Assembly: GCF_009914755.1 (NCBI RefSeq)
Contig: NC_060932.1
Reading direction: 5' to 3' (one strand)
Length of the DNA stretch: 64,000 nucleotides
Source of the DNA: the human T2T-CHM13v2.0 reference genome, Homo sapiens
The notes beneath the pieces were generated by a model. It ran no database searches. It worked only from the letters and a program-made list of their open reading frames with translations, and was not told the origin of the DNA. This document shows, piece after piece, positions 30,568 to 48,770 of the stretch. A program made the translations under genes and the position numbers. Each line of letters begins with the position of its first letter. Position 1 is the stretch's first letter.

Positions 30568-31585
30568 ATGGGGAAAAAATGGAACAGAAAAACTGAAAAT
30601 TCTAAAAATCAGAGCACCTCTCCTCCTCCAAAGGAATGCAGCTCCTCACCAGCAATGGAACAAAGCTGAGTGGAGAATGACTTTGACAAGTTCAGAGAAG
30701 AAGGCTTCAGATGATCAAACTTCTCCAAGCTAAAGGAGGAAGTTCGAACCCATCGCAAAGAAGTTAAAAACCTTGAAAAAAGATTAGACAAATGGCTAAC
30801 TAGAATAACCAATGCAGAGAAGTCCTTAAAGGACCTGATGGAGCTGCAAACCATGGCATGAGAACTACGTGACAAATGCACAAGCCTCAGTAGCCGATTC
30901 GATCAACTGGAAGAAAGGGTATCAGTGATGGAAGATCAAATGAAAGAAATGAAGCGAGAAGAGAAGTTTAGAGAAAAAAACAACAAAAACAAATGAACAA
31001 AGCCTCCAAGAAATATGGGACTATGTGAAAAGACCAAATCTACGTCTGATTGGTGTACCTGAAAGTGACGGGGAGAATGGAACCAAGTTGGAAAACACTC
31101 TGCAGGATATTATCCAGGAGAACTTCCCCAACCTATCAAGTCATGCCAACATTAAAATTCAGGAAATACAGAGAACACCACAAAGATACTCCTCGAGAAG
31201 AGCGACTCCAAGACACATAATTGTCAGATTCACCAAAGTTGAAATGAAGGAAAATATGTTAAGGGCAGCCAGAGAGAAAAGTCGGGTTACCCACAAAGGG
31301 AAGCCCATCAGACTAACAGCTGATCTCTCGGCAGAAATTCTACAAGCCAGAAGAGAGTGGGGGCCGATATTCAACATTCTTAAAGAAAAGAATTTTCAAC
31401 CCAGAATTTCATAGCCAGCCAAACTAAGCTTTGTAAGGGAAGGAGAAATAAAATGCTTTACAGACAAGCAAATGCTGAAAGATTTTGTCACCACCAGGCC
31501 TGCCCTACAAGAGCTCCTGAAGGAAGCACTAAACATGGAAAGGAACAACCAGTACCAGCCACTGCAAAAACATGCCAAATTGTAA
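30568..31585 (+). pseudogene. L1 ORF1p (RNA chaperone), disrupted
   Basis: ATG at 30568, in-frame TGA at 30667; later fragment KRPNLRLIGVPESDGENG...ARREWGPIF. Confidence 0.93.
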
Positions 31586-31648
31586 AGACCATTGATGCTA
31601 GGAAGAAACGGCATCAACTAACAAGCAAAATAACCAGCTAACATTATA

Positions 31649-35470
<3,822 letters not shown>

Positions 35471-35805
35471 ATAATAAGAACACTTGGACACAGGAAGGGG
35501 AACATCACACACTGGGGCCTGTTGTGGGGTGGGGGAAGAGGGGAGGGATAGCATTAGGAGATATACCTAATGTAAATGACGAGTTAATGGGTGCAGCACA
35601 CCAACATGGCACATGTGTACATATGTAACAAACCTGCACGTTGTGCACATGTACCCTAGAACTTAAAGTATAATAAAAATATATACATAAAATAAAAATT
35701 AAAAAAAATTAAAAAAAAGAAAAAGCAAAACAAAGTGCTGATCTATAGTACGTGCTGATTTTTCTCTTACAGAGACTCCCATATACTCCTACCATTGCCA
35801 ATTTC

Positions 35806-36108
35806 TTTTTTTCTTTTTTCTCTTTTTTTAGACAGAGTCTTGCTCTGTTGCCAGGCTGGAGAGCAATGGTGCGATCTCGGCTCACTGAAACCTCCGCCTC
35901 CCAGGTTCAAGTGATTTTCCTGCCTCAGCCTCCCAAGTAGCTGGGACCACAGGCGCACGCCACCATGCCCAACTAATTTTTTTATTTTTAGTAGAGACAG
36001 GGTTTCACCTTGTTGGTCAGGATGGTCTCGATCTCTTGACCTCATGATCTGCCCGCCTGAGCCTCCCAAAGTGCTGGGATTACAGGTATGAGCCACCGCG
36101 CCCTGCCA
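35806..36108 (-). mobile_element. AluSc-like
   Basis: Antisense Alu; 14-bp TSD ccattgccaatttc (35792-35805, 36110-36123). Confidence 0.95.
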
Positions 36109-36473
36109 GCCATTGCCAATTTCAAGCTACCATCAGGTTAGCAATTGACTGTCCAGGGCAGGTACAAGCTGGCTCTAGCACACTGAGACCATAACATTTG
36201 GTGTCAGACATCACTTTTTTAAAAAGAAAGGTCAGGTGCAGAGGTGTGAGGACAGTGGCTGTTTTCGGTCTGTGCTCTTTGGCATATACTCTATGTATTA
36301 GAAGATATGTGTGTCACACTTCCCAATAATTAGTTCAAGGAAAGTCAGTCTAGGACAGTTTCTCCTACTTGTCCATTACTTTTCCTCCCCATTCTGTCTT
36401 TTCAAATCTTAAAGAATCTCCAGAAACAATTGTTTATTGGTAGGTATTTGGAGATGATAATATCTGGTTTACC

Positions 36474-36772
36474 TTTTTTTTTTTTTTTTGAGACAGGGTT
36501 TCACTCTGTCACCCAGGCTGGAGTGCAGTGATGCAATTATGGCTCACCATAGTCTCAACCTTCTGGGCTCAGGTGATCCTCCCACGTCAGCCTCCTGAGT
36601 AGCTGGGACTACAGGCGGGTGCCACCACACCTGGCTAATTTTTATATTTTTTTGTAGACACAGGATTTCATCATGCTGCCCAGGCTGATCCAGAACTCCT
36701 GGGGTCAAGCAATCCTGCTGCCGTGGTCTCCCAAAGTGCTAGGTTTACAGGCATGAACCACCACGCCCAGCC
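36474..36772 (-). mobile_element. AluJ
   Basis: Antisense Alu; TSD tggtttacctt. Confidence 0.93.
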
Positions 36773-36804
36773 ATGGTTTACCTTATTTTTAAACAGACTA
36801 ACTC

Positions 36805-37745
<941 letters not shown>

Positions 37746-37808
37746 AAACTGGTTAACCACGGCCCATAAACTAGCTGATTGTTTTTATAAATAAAGTTTT
37801 ATTGGAAC

Positions 37809-38034
37809 CAGAGCTGAGATTAGGGTGGAGCAAATGAAGCAAGGCTGTGCAAGGGCAGGTTGGATCTTGTTATTTAAAATTTGGATATCTCATGCATCAT
37901 GGATTTTTTTGGCATTAAATTTCATTTAAAAAAATAATGCATTAAAATGTTATCTTAGTAACTGAGTTTTTTGGTATCCTCAAATTTTGTCCCAAGGCAT
38001 GTGCCTCACTTGCCATACCCTACTCCTGCCCTTG
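37809..38034. mobile_element. MER96B-like hAT MITE
   Basis: Degenerate terminal inverted repeats cagagctgagattagggtg / ataccctactcctgccc; gcctcacttgcc subterminal motif. Confidence 0.6.
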
Positions 38035-38428
38035 TGGGGTGATAAGCAGTGAAGGGATAATTGGAAGTGAAAGAGCTGACACTGGATATTATGAAATGTG
38101 GTGGTGTTTTTCGTTTTTTGTTTTAGTGGTGATGGTTTATATTTCACCACCCACAAGGCACCACGGTGCTAAGCAACTTGTAACAAGAGACACCATGGGA
38201 AAGGACGCTGTGTGGTCTGAAATCACTGAAAAGGGCTACGGTCACCCTTGAGCATAGCTGGCTGCAATCGTGCTTACATCTGTGTAAGATCAATTATGTA
38301 CATCCAAAATCTAGGCCACCCATTGGTATTTGGCAAAGCCCATTTGTACTTTTTGATTGACTAGTTTATGTAATCTTTATTGTTTCTTAATGCATTGAAC
38401 CTATTATGATGTTCTTTTAAAGGAACTA

Positions 38429-38778
<350 letters not shown>

Positions 38779-39989
38779 GGCTAGGTCAATAAAGTACTTG
38801 TAAGGCTTCGCCTGCCCAAGATTATGGCCTGGCAAACTATAATCAGAAAATTTTGCCTCTAAAAAGTATCTAAAAATTGGTTTAAGAAATGGTTTCCAAA
38901 TTTGCTAGGAAAATGAGTGATTTTTCTCAAAGTTTAGAAGATTGTTACATTGGGTGACAGATATTTCTTCCTTCCTTAAGCATGTTTTCCTTTCTAAATC
39001 TCAATTGATGGTCAAATCAATTTCAAGAAATGCCAAGAATAAATGCCAAAAATAAACAGCTGCGATTCCATGTTTTTGGACATTCGTTGGAACATAAGAC
39101 TATGAACACCTAGGATGTTTATAGAAAGAACTGGGCATTAACACATATATCTTTAGGTCAGTGATCTGAAAATAAAAAGATCCTTAATTATTATTTATCT
39201 AGCACCTGTGATGGAGTTTTTGAAATTCTACAAATTCAATACATGTATGAAATCTGGGCCACAGGTCAACTTAGTCTGAAAAACAGAAATTGACATAGGC
39301 AAAATATTCCGATAGTCATTGTAATAAACTGTTATGAAAAAAAAAAATATCCTGTATCCGAACAGAGGGAAAAGCAAGTCATTTTAGAACTGTTGTAAGG
39401 TCTTGTTTTTATATTACACTAATGCCACTCCTCATTGGGAAAAGGCTTCCCCATCGTGTTTCAGATTCCTCAGTACTTTCTGCTGGCTCATAGTAGCTTG
39501 AATGGAATGGGTGAGGTTCAGTGAGAAAGTCAGTGGAGAGAACACCAGCTTCCCCCTCCCCCAGACAGGAAATGGCATCAAGATTAAAGATCTGCTGGTG
39601 TCTGTTGCTGGGTTTCCCTCTAGGCTATGAAAACAAATAGAACACATAATTAATATTCTTCCTGCAGCTTCTGAAAGGCCTTTAGGCGGAACATCAGTGC
39701 TCATTTTACTATCTATATTCAGGCTGCGTTTTGACACCATGATATTTTTGGGAAAGTGGGGAACATGGTGTAATCTGGGATCATCTGTAAACAAATATCA
39801 GTTTTCCAAACAGAAGGAGAGTCAGCTGGGGGTTGTTCTGTAGGCAGGGGCCCCCTGCTAATCTAAGAGATATGTGAGAAAAGGAAAAGGGGCGATTTCT
39901 ACGCTGGAGAGTAGGAAGGTGTTGTTTTGGCAGGGATGGTTAACGTCAGGAGCAGTAGCCTGCCTGCTGTCGACTCTGTTCACTTTCAA

Positions 39990-40110
39990 ATCGGTTCTCA
40001 ATAAATATCTTTCGAGCACCTACCGGACTTGTGTGCTAGTCCGGTGCAGAGATAAATAACACATAATCGCTGATCAGTTTATAGTCTAAGGTATGCAGAT
40101 AAGAGAAAGA
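39990..40110 (-). mobile_element. L2 3' end relic
   Basis: tcaataaatatctttcgagcacctac...gtgctag..gtgcagagata...tttatagtcta. Confidence 0.6.
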
Positions 40111-40651
40111 AGATTTTTAAGTGATTAATCATAGCAGAATTCTGAAGCTATTGCCCAATCACCAAACTCAGAGTCGCAAAGTGTTTTCTGCTTGCCAAGA
40201 GCACTTCTGACTGTCAATCAGCCTGTAGGACTCAAGAGGTTTATGGGTGACCAGCCAAATCCAATTCCTTCTTATGGTGTGTGTTTCAGATATGCAAGGG
40301 GGAAAGCACAGATTTGGCTTACCCCCAAAGTCACATGAAGCCATGAGATCTAAGTTCCCAGTGCCATTGAATTCATTAGTGAAGAAGGAAATGAAGATTT
40401 GGGCCCAGTTTCTGGAGTCTGTGTCCCCCTGCCCCTTGCCAGCAAGGCTTTTTTTTTTTTTCTTATACAATGGTGAGACATGATGCTGGACTGAATGTTT
40501 AGCCCTATTTATATTTTATGAAGGAGATACATTAGCATAAAAGGTATAAAACCATGCATAGAGTTTTGCCATAAGTATGGCTAATAGGATTAAGTCACAC
40601 TTTAACACAGTGCTTTGCAGTTAGAGCTAGGAAACTTGTTACCATGGTTTA

Positions 40652-41027
<376 letters not shown>

Positions 41028-41217
41028 CTAAGGGGAAAACAATACAAAAAAACAAAAACAAAAACAAAAAAACAAAAAAAACAGCACCTACAAGTCTCAG
41101 AAGCCCTATCTTAGGTTAGTTTCGGAATGAACTCTTAGGTTTTCCTTTGGCTGACCACTGATTGCTTTAGGATTCTGAAGGTGTCTAATACTGTCATAGT
41201 GGAAAGTGCCCAGTTGA

Positions 41218-41550
<333 letters not shown>

Positions 41551-41793
41551 AGAATATCTGTGTTTACTGTCAGTATCCATAGCTCAGATAAATAGTCATC
41601 CTACAAGCTGATGCCTGATCAGGTTCTTCAGCTATGAAAGGAGTCCCTTCCACAGATTCAAGTCCCTGCTGGGACTAAAATTCCATAAGCTACTATTCTA
41701 TATTGGGTTTTATAGTATGCTCAGCTTTTGCAGGGAGGGTAGGAGAGAGTAAATTTAACCTTTTACACCATGTATCATCAAAAAGTTTATCAA

Positions 41794-42092
41794 GTCCGGG
41801 TATGGTGGCTCACACCTGTAATCCCAGAACTTTGGGAGGCTGAGGCAGGAGGATTGCTTGAGCCCAGGATGTCGAGACCAGCCTGGGCAACAAAGTGAGA
41901 TCCTATCTCTATAAGAAAATTTTAAAAATTAGCCAGACCTGATGGTGTGCACCTGTAGTCCCAGCTACCTGGAAGGCTGAGGTGGGAGGAACCCTGGAGC
42001 CTGGAGTGTCGAGGCAGTAGCAAGTCATGATTGCACCACTGCACTCTAACCTGGGCAACAGAGCCAGACCCTGTCTTAAAAAAAAAAAAAAA
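41794..42092 (+). mobile_element. AluJ
   Basis: Dimeric Alu; TSD aaaaagtttatcaag. Confidence 0.93.
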
Positions 42093-43457
42093 GTTTATCA
42101 AGATGAGAGGGATAAACACATGTGAAACACCTATAACAATGCAAGTTAGTCTATAATTGAAACAATTTTTAAAAGCTTTAAGAATCCAAAGAACAGAGTA
42201 TAAATGGGATCTGAAGATGATGAGGGGACATTTTGTGGAGGACTCAGTAAGGAAGGGCTTTACCTGGACAGAGCTTGGTAGATGTGGAATTAGGCATTTC
42301 AAATAAATAAATATTGTAAGTAGTACTTATAAGTGTATATTGGAAAAACATGTATCTGCATGCAAGCTATTTATATATATTCATTTATTTGTGTGGATAT
42401 TGTCACTTATCTGTGCATTTATATAAGGAGATGCAAATGACATATCAGTTGTAGAATTTTCTCTTTGGTTCACTTAGGTTCACAGCATGAATGAATCAAT
42501 GTGTGATGGATGGCTGCAAGAAACACACAGACCATGTCCTGAAATACAATGAAGGCTTCAGGTCTGGTTAGTTACTGAAATAGTAATAAGTATTGAAATA
42601 GTACAGAAGCTTCTAATCTACCAGAGAAAATTCCCAAAGTTTGATGTGAGGTGTTGCCTGTTGAGAATGTCTCTATCTCCACCACCTTTTGGAGTGAATA
42701 ATTCTCTATGGTACCCCTAGCTTCTCAAACCCAAGCTTGTGCATGGCAAGTACCAACATGAGACAGGCTTTCTGAAGTTCACAAGCACAGACTGTGTTCC
42801 TTTCTTCAAATACTATCTATTTTGAACCCTCTGGCTCTTTCTCAGAAGAGATTGATGTATTTTCCAAGACACAACTTTGACCTCTGTTTTCAACCCTAAC
42901 TGTGTGGTAGGAAGTAGGGACTACAGAGGTGGTGATGATTTCCAAACCTATGTGAATGAAATGACTCATGATAAATAAAAGTGGCATATACTTATTGCCT
43001 TATTTGTGAGAACTGAGACTTAACTGGTGCATAGAGTGCTGTTTGGTGTCACACAGAGATTCATCAATAGGAGAGTGGCTGCATCAAATATGGCCCATCC
43101 ATCAATGGAATACTACACAGCCATGAAAAGAGTAAATACTAGAAGAGCTGATGCTGTAAGATATCTACAGTCCATTGTCAAGTAAAAAAAATCCTTGTAG
43201 GGGCATAATTAGAAATCTATAATAAACTGCAGACAATGATTACCTCTGGGTAGTAGGATTGTGTGTGCGTGTATGTATGTGTTTTATGCTACATTTTTAT
43301 ATGGTTTTAATTTTTAAAAACAAGCATTTATTTCCTGTAATAAAAATTTTAAAAATATTTTTAGAAAGGAATATGTTGCTGGACTTCTTTTTTTGTTGTA
43401 GTAAAATATATAGAATATAATATTTATAATTTTTACCATGCATAAATGTACAATTAG

Positions 43458-43823
<366 letters not shown>

Positions 43824-43950
43824 TACCCCCAAACTTTTAATCATTCCCATCCAAAACTTCTTACCCATTAAGCAATAATTTTCCCTTTCCCTCTCCCTGC
43901 GGCCCCTGGTTACCTCTACTCTACTTTTCTCTCTCTGGATTTGAGCAACC

Positions 43951-44280
43951 AGGCAAAACCTGTCACAGCCCTGTTGCAGCACAGGTGAAGTCCTGCCCAC
44001 AGGACACATTTTTAATTTTCAGAAATGTCACCTATAATTTTACCATCATTATTATTTTGGCATTTTTCCATTTAGCCTTTTCCCCTACTGTTACCTCACT
44101 ACTGAAATTTTACTATATAAGCGGTTTGCTATATTGTTCTTTTAAGATACTGTGAGCATAGTTTCCTTATATTATAAATTATTTATAAATATAATTTCTT
44201 TGACAAATGAATTACACACGAGTCAAATATTTGAAATGATACTGAAAGATACTTTGATGCATGTACTATTGTACATTCAT
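43951..44280 (+). repeat. Diverged direct copy of 47211-47267 + 47573-47875
   Basis: Shared blocks e.g. ggacacatttttaattttcagaaa, ttttcccctactgttacctcactactgaaatttt, tattataaattatttataaata, aaatgatactgaaagata. Confidence 0.9.
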
Positions 44281-44358
44281 GTATACAATAGCACATGTAT
44301 CAACATATTTTTCCCCAGGTACTGCTGTGTATGTGAATGTACAGTAGTACATGCATCA
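44255..44358 (+). repeat. Inverted repeat, 40-bp arms, 24-nt loop
   Basis: 44255-44294 vs reverse complement of 44319-44358: 33/40 identical. Confidence 0.9.
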
Positions 44359-44737
44359 CGATATTTTCCCCTACCTCCTTTTCCATCTCTGTGAATTTGC
44401 CTATTCTGGGTACCTCATATAGGTGGAATCATACAATATTTGTCCTTCTATATCTGACTTGTGTTACTAACATAATGTTTTCAAGGCCTATCCATTTTGT
44501 TGCATATATTAAAATTCGAATCACTTTTGTGGTTGAATAATATTCTATTACATGTTTATATGGCATTTTGTTTATCCATTCATTTGTTGATAGTTACCTG
44601 GGTTGTTTCTACATTTTAGCTATTGTGACAAATGCTGCTATGAACTCTGATAACCAAACAATCTACTCCAGTCTCTGCTTTCAATTCTTTTGTATTTATA
44701 CCTAGGAGTGGAATTGCTGAGTCATATGATAGTTCTA

Positions 44738-45023
44738 GTTGAAGAACACACAAAATCTTTCATAATCAGACTCTTGGATTTATTTTATTTATTACTTATT
44801 TATAACTCACCACAAGTGAGTTAGAGCATGTTTTCATTAATATATGCTTGGTGAAACATTTGGATTTTCTCTTCTATGAATTATCTTTCCATGGCCTTTT
44901 TCAATTTTATTATTGGGTGACTTGTTTCCTTCTTTTAAAACCTCTGTTCATTATGAAATTTTGCCTTCTGGCTAAACTCTTTATTAAATTTATAACACCC
45001 CCCACACCAAAAAAAAAAAAAAA
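44738..45023 (+). other. Poly(A)-tailed, TSD-flanked retrocopy of an RNA 3' end (or orphan transduction)
   Basis: TSD gatagttcta (44728-44737, 45024-45033), ATTAAA 44983-44988, A15 at 45009-45023. Confidence 0.7.
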
Positions 45024-46013
45024 GATAGTTCTATGTTTAACCTTTTAAGAAACAGAGAAACTATTTTCTACGATGGCTGCAGCATTTTTGGGGGGCTCAG
45101 TGTCTATTGTTTTATTTCATTTCCGGTTGCAGCATTTTATATTCCCACCAGCAATGTACAAGGATTCTCGTTTCTCCACAGCTTGTTTTTTTTCCATTTG
45201 TTCATTTGTTTATAGCCATTTTAATGGGTCTGGGTGGTTACACATTGTGGTTTTCATCTGCATTTCCCTGATGACCAGTGATGTTGAACATTTTATCGTG
45301 TGTTTATTGGAAATTTGTATATCTTTTCTGCAGAAATGTCTGTTAAAGTCCTTTGCCCATTTTTGAACTGAGTTTTTTTGTTGTTGAATTTTAGAGTTCT
45401 TTATATATTCTGGATATTCATGCCTTATCAGATATGTGGCTTGCAATATTTTCTCCTATTCAGTAGGTTGCCTTTTCATTCTCTTGGTAGTATCCTTTGA
45501 TGCTCAAAATTCTGAATTTTGATGTAGTGCAACTTACCTATTTTTTCTTTTATCGCCTGTTTGCTGTGAACTTTTTTCTTTTAACCAATAGGAACTTAAA
45601 TTACATTTTAAAGAGTGAGTCCATTAGATATATTGAGTTTATCTGCAAGTTTGCAGAATGGAATAAAGTGAAGCTTCCCTGCACTTCTGAGCCAAGTGCC
45701 AGCGAGTCACGCGTGGAAGGATAGGGCTGAGGCTGCCTTGGCTGCTTGGCTGGGTGGCTGGAGAGCACACCTGGCAGAAGATCACTTGGTTCTTAAGTAA
45801 GGACAGCAAAACTGGCTTCTTCTTGGTTAATTCACAGATGGTAAAGACAAAGAGATGTTCTGTGTTTGAATATGTGTAAATACCTTAGATAGTGCAGGAG
45901 TCACAGTTGATGGTAGACACAGCTTGTTGGACTTTAGAGGTGGAGATTTTTGGACCTGAATCCTAGTTCTGCCACCTACTAGGTATGGACCCCAGAAAAA
46001 CAATCTTCTAACG

Positions 46014-46543
46014 CAGGGGTCCCCAACCCCTGGGCCATGGACCAGTATCAGTCTGTATAGTCTGTTAGGAACTGGACCACACAACAGGAAGTGAGCCAGG
46101 GGCCTGTGAGCCAAGCTTCATCTATATTTACAGCCACTCCCCACTGCTAGCATTACTGCTTGAGCTCCGCCTCGTGTCAGATCGGCAGCGGCATTAGATT
46201 CTCACAGGACCCCGAGCCCTATTGTGAACTGTGCATGTGAGGGATTTAGGTTGCAGACTCCTTATGGGAATCTAATGCCCGATGATCTGTCACTGTCTCA
46301 CATCACCCCAAGATGGGACCATCTAGTTACAGGAAAACAAGCTCAGGGCTTCCACTGAGTCTATGTTATGGTGAGTTGTATAATTATTTCATTATATATT
46401 ACAATGTAATAATAATAGAAATAAAGTGCACAATAAATGTAATTGGCTTGAATCATCCTAATACCATCCCCCCCATCTCGGTCCATAGAAAAATTGTCTT
46501 CCACAAAACTGGTCCTTGGTGCTAAAAACGTTGGGAGCTGTTG
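46014..46543. mobile_element. MER1A (hAT-Charlie), full length, inserted in a MIR
   Basis: caggggtccccaacccctggg...gcattagattctcacagga...ggtgctaaaaacgttggg; ~530 bp. Confidence 0.92.
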
Positions 46544-46764
46544 TTTTAGAGCCTCATTTTTTTTATTATGGGGTTTGTAACATTAAATACTTAAATGGTA
46601 GTCCTAAAGATGAATCCTATCTAAGGTAAACAAAATGCCTCATGGTACCTGGCATATAGTAGGTGCTCAATAAATCATAGTAATTATTAAAGGAATGATG
46701 ACAAATCAAGTATTAATATCATTTTTAAATGTAAAAAGGATAATAATATTAATAACAATAACAA

Positions 46765-46950
46765 ACACTATTTGAAAAACATTATCTTTAGGTGTTCACA
46801 TCTCTTAACTCATTAAGGTCTCATAATAATCCTGTGAGGCATAGATTATTATTACTCCCATTTTACCAATGAAAAAATGGAAATACGGAGAGATTAAGAA
46901 GCTTACAACTGATCGAAATTGCAGACCTGGAATTTGAATCCAGGCAGCTG
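46765..46950 (-). mobile_element. MIR
   Basis: aatcctgtgaggcatagattattattactcccattttaccaatgaa...gaatttgaatccaggcag. Confidence 0.7.
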
Positions 46951-47267
46951 TTTTGCATGGAATATTTCTCACTTCCATTAAGCCCAGTGGATTCTTTTCT
47001 GTCTTTAATTATGTTGCTTGTACTCAGAGCAAAGGGTACTGATCCTGCCATTAGGGCAGAGGCTGGTAGCTGCTTTCTCTTTGTGCCGCCAGGATAGCAT
47101 TTACTGTACCCTCCCTTGCGTGTTCTAGCCTGAGGCTAAGACATCGTTTGTGACCTTAGAGAGATACCAAATAGATGCTGTGGTTCTAGACTTTGCTTCC
47201 ATCCACCACTAGGCAAAGCCTGTCCCAACCTCATTGAAACAGAGGTAAAGTCATGCCCATGGGGCAC

Positions 47268-47572
47268 TTTTTTTTTTGTTTGTTTGTTTTGAAACAGAGT
47301 CTCACTCTGTCACCCAGGCTGGAGTGCAGTGTCACAATTTCAGCTCACTGCGACCTCAGCCTCCGGGGTTCAAGTGATTCTCATGCCTCAGCCTCCCCAG
47401 TAGCTGGGATGACAGGCGTGCGCCACCATGCCTGGCTAATTTTTGTATTTTTAGTAGAGACGGGGTTTTGCCATGCTGTCCAGGCTGGTCTTGAACTCCT
47501 GACCTCAGGTGATCCGCCTGCCTCGGACTCCCAAAGTGCTGGGATTACAGGCATGAGCCACTGTGCCCTGTC
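47268..47572 (-). mobile_element. AluS
   Basis: Antisense Alu interrupting the duplicated segment. Confidence 0.95.
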
Positions 47573-48033
47573 AGAGGACACATTTTTAATTTTCAGAAAC
47601 ATCACCTATAATTTCACCATCATTATTAACATTTTGGCATTTTTCTCATCTAGTCCTTTGTGCATTTTCCCCTACTGTTACCTCACTACTGAAATTTTAC
47701 TCTATAAGCAGTTTCATATACTACTCTTTTGTTTAAGACATTATGAGCATTGTTTCCTTGTATTATAAATTATTTATAAATACAATTTTTTGACAAATGA
47801 AAGAATTACACACTTCAACAAATATTTTAAATGATACTGAAAGATATTTTGATGCATATACCATTGTATATATGAATGAATTTTTTTTGTTGACATAATA
47901 GATCATATGACAGACACTATTCTACACTTTTCCTTTTTTTTCCTTCTCTACTTTACCCCTAAATACAGAGAAACATACAAATTTGAAACTAACATTTCCT
48001 TTTTATTTTCACCAAATCTCCTTCATTGATTGA

Positions 48034-48404
<371 letters not shown>

Positions 48405-48746
48405 TGAAATCATATAAAGATACACAAAGTAAAAGCAAATCATCTCCTTTAGCCTCATCTTCAACCCCATCGCCTTGAGCTGCCAATGCTAACACCTGTT
48501 GTAGACTTTCCAATTTTTCCCTTGTTCTTTCAAACAGATGCAAATGCACATTTACATATAGGTAGATTCTTTTTTGGTTTGTTTTTACCCAAATATAATT
48601 GAAGTAAACCCATTAGTCTACAATTTGTTTTTGGATCTCCCCCAACACCAGGATATACCGGGAACATTCCTAACAATTCAAGACATATGGCTCAATTGTA
48701 TATTTTTTTCTTTTCTAATTTCTTTCTCTTTCTACCACTACCACAA

Positions 48747-48770
48747 GTGTGTGTGTGTGTGTGTGTGTGT
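48747..48770 (+). repeat. (TG)n microsatellite
   Basis: gtgtgt run of ~12 units. Confidence 0.95.

Noticed and set aside
47253-47768. 171-aa ORF and many similar ORFs in the track
   Set aside because: Antisense Alu read-through (SPRLECSG...[10 protein letters not shown]), a standard artefact
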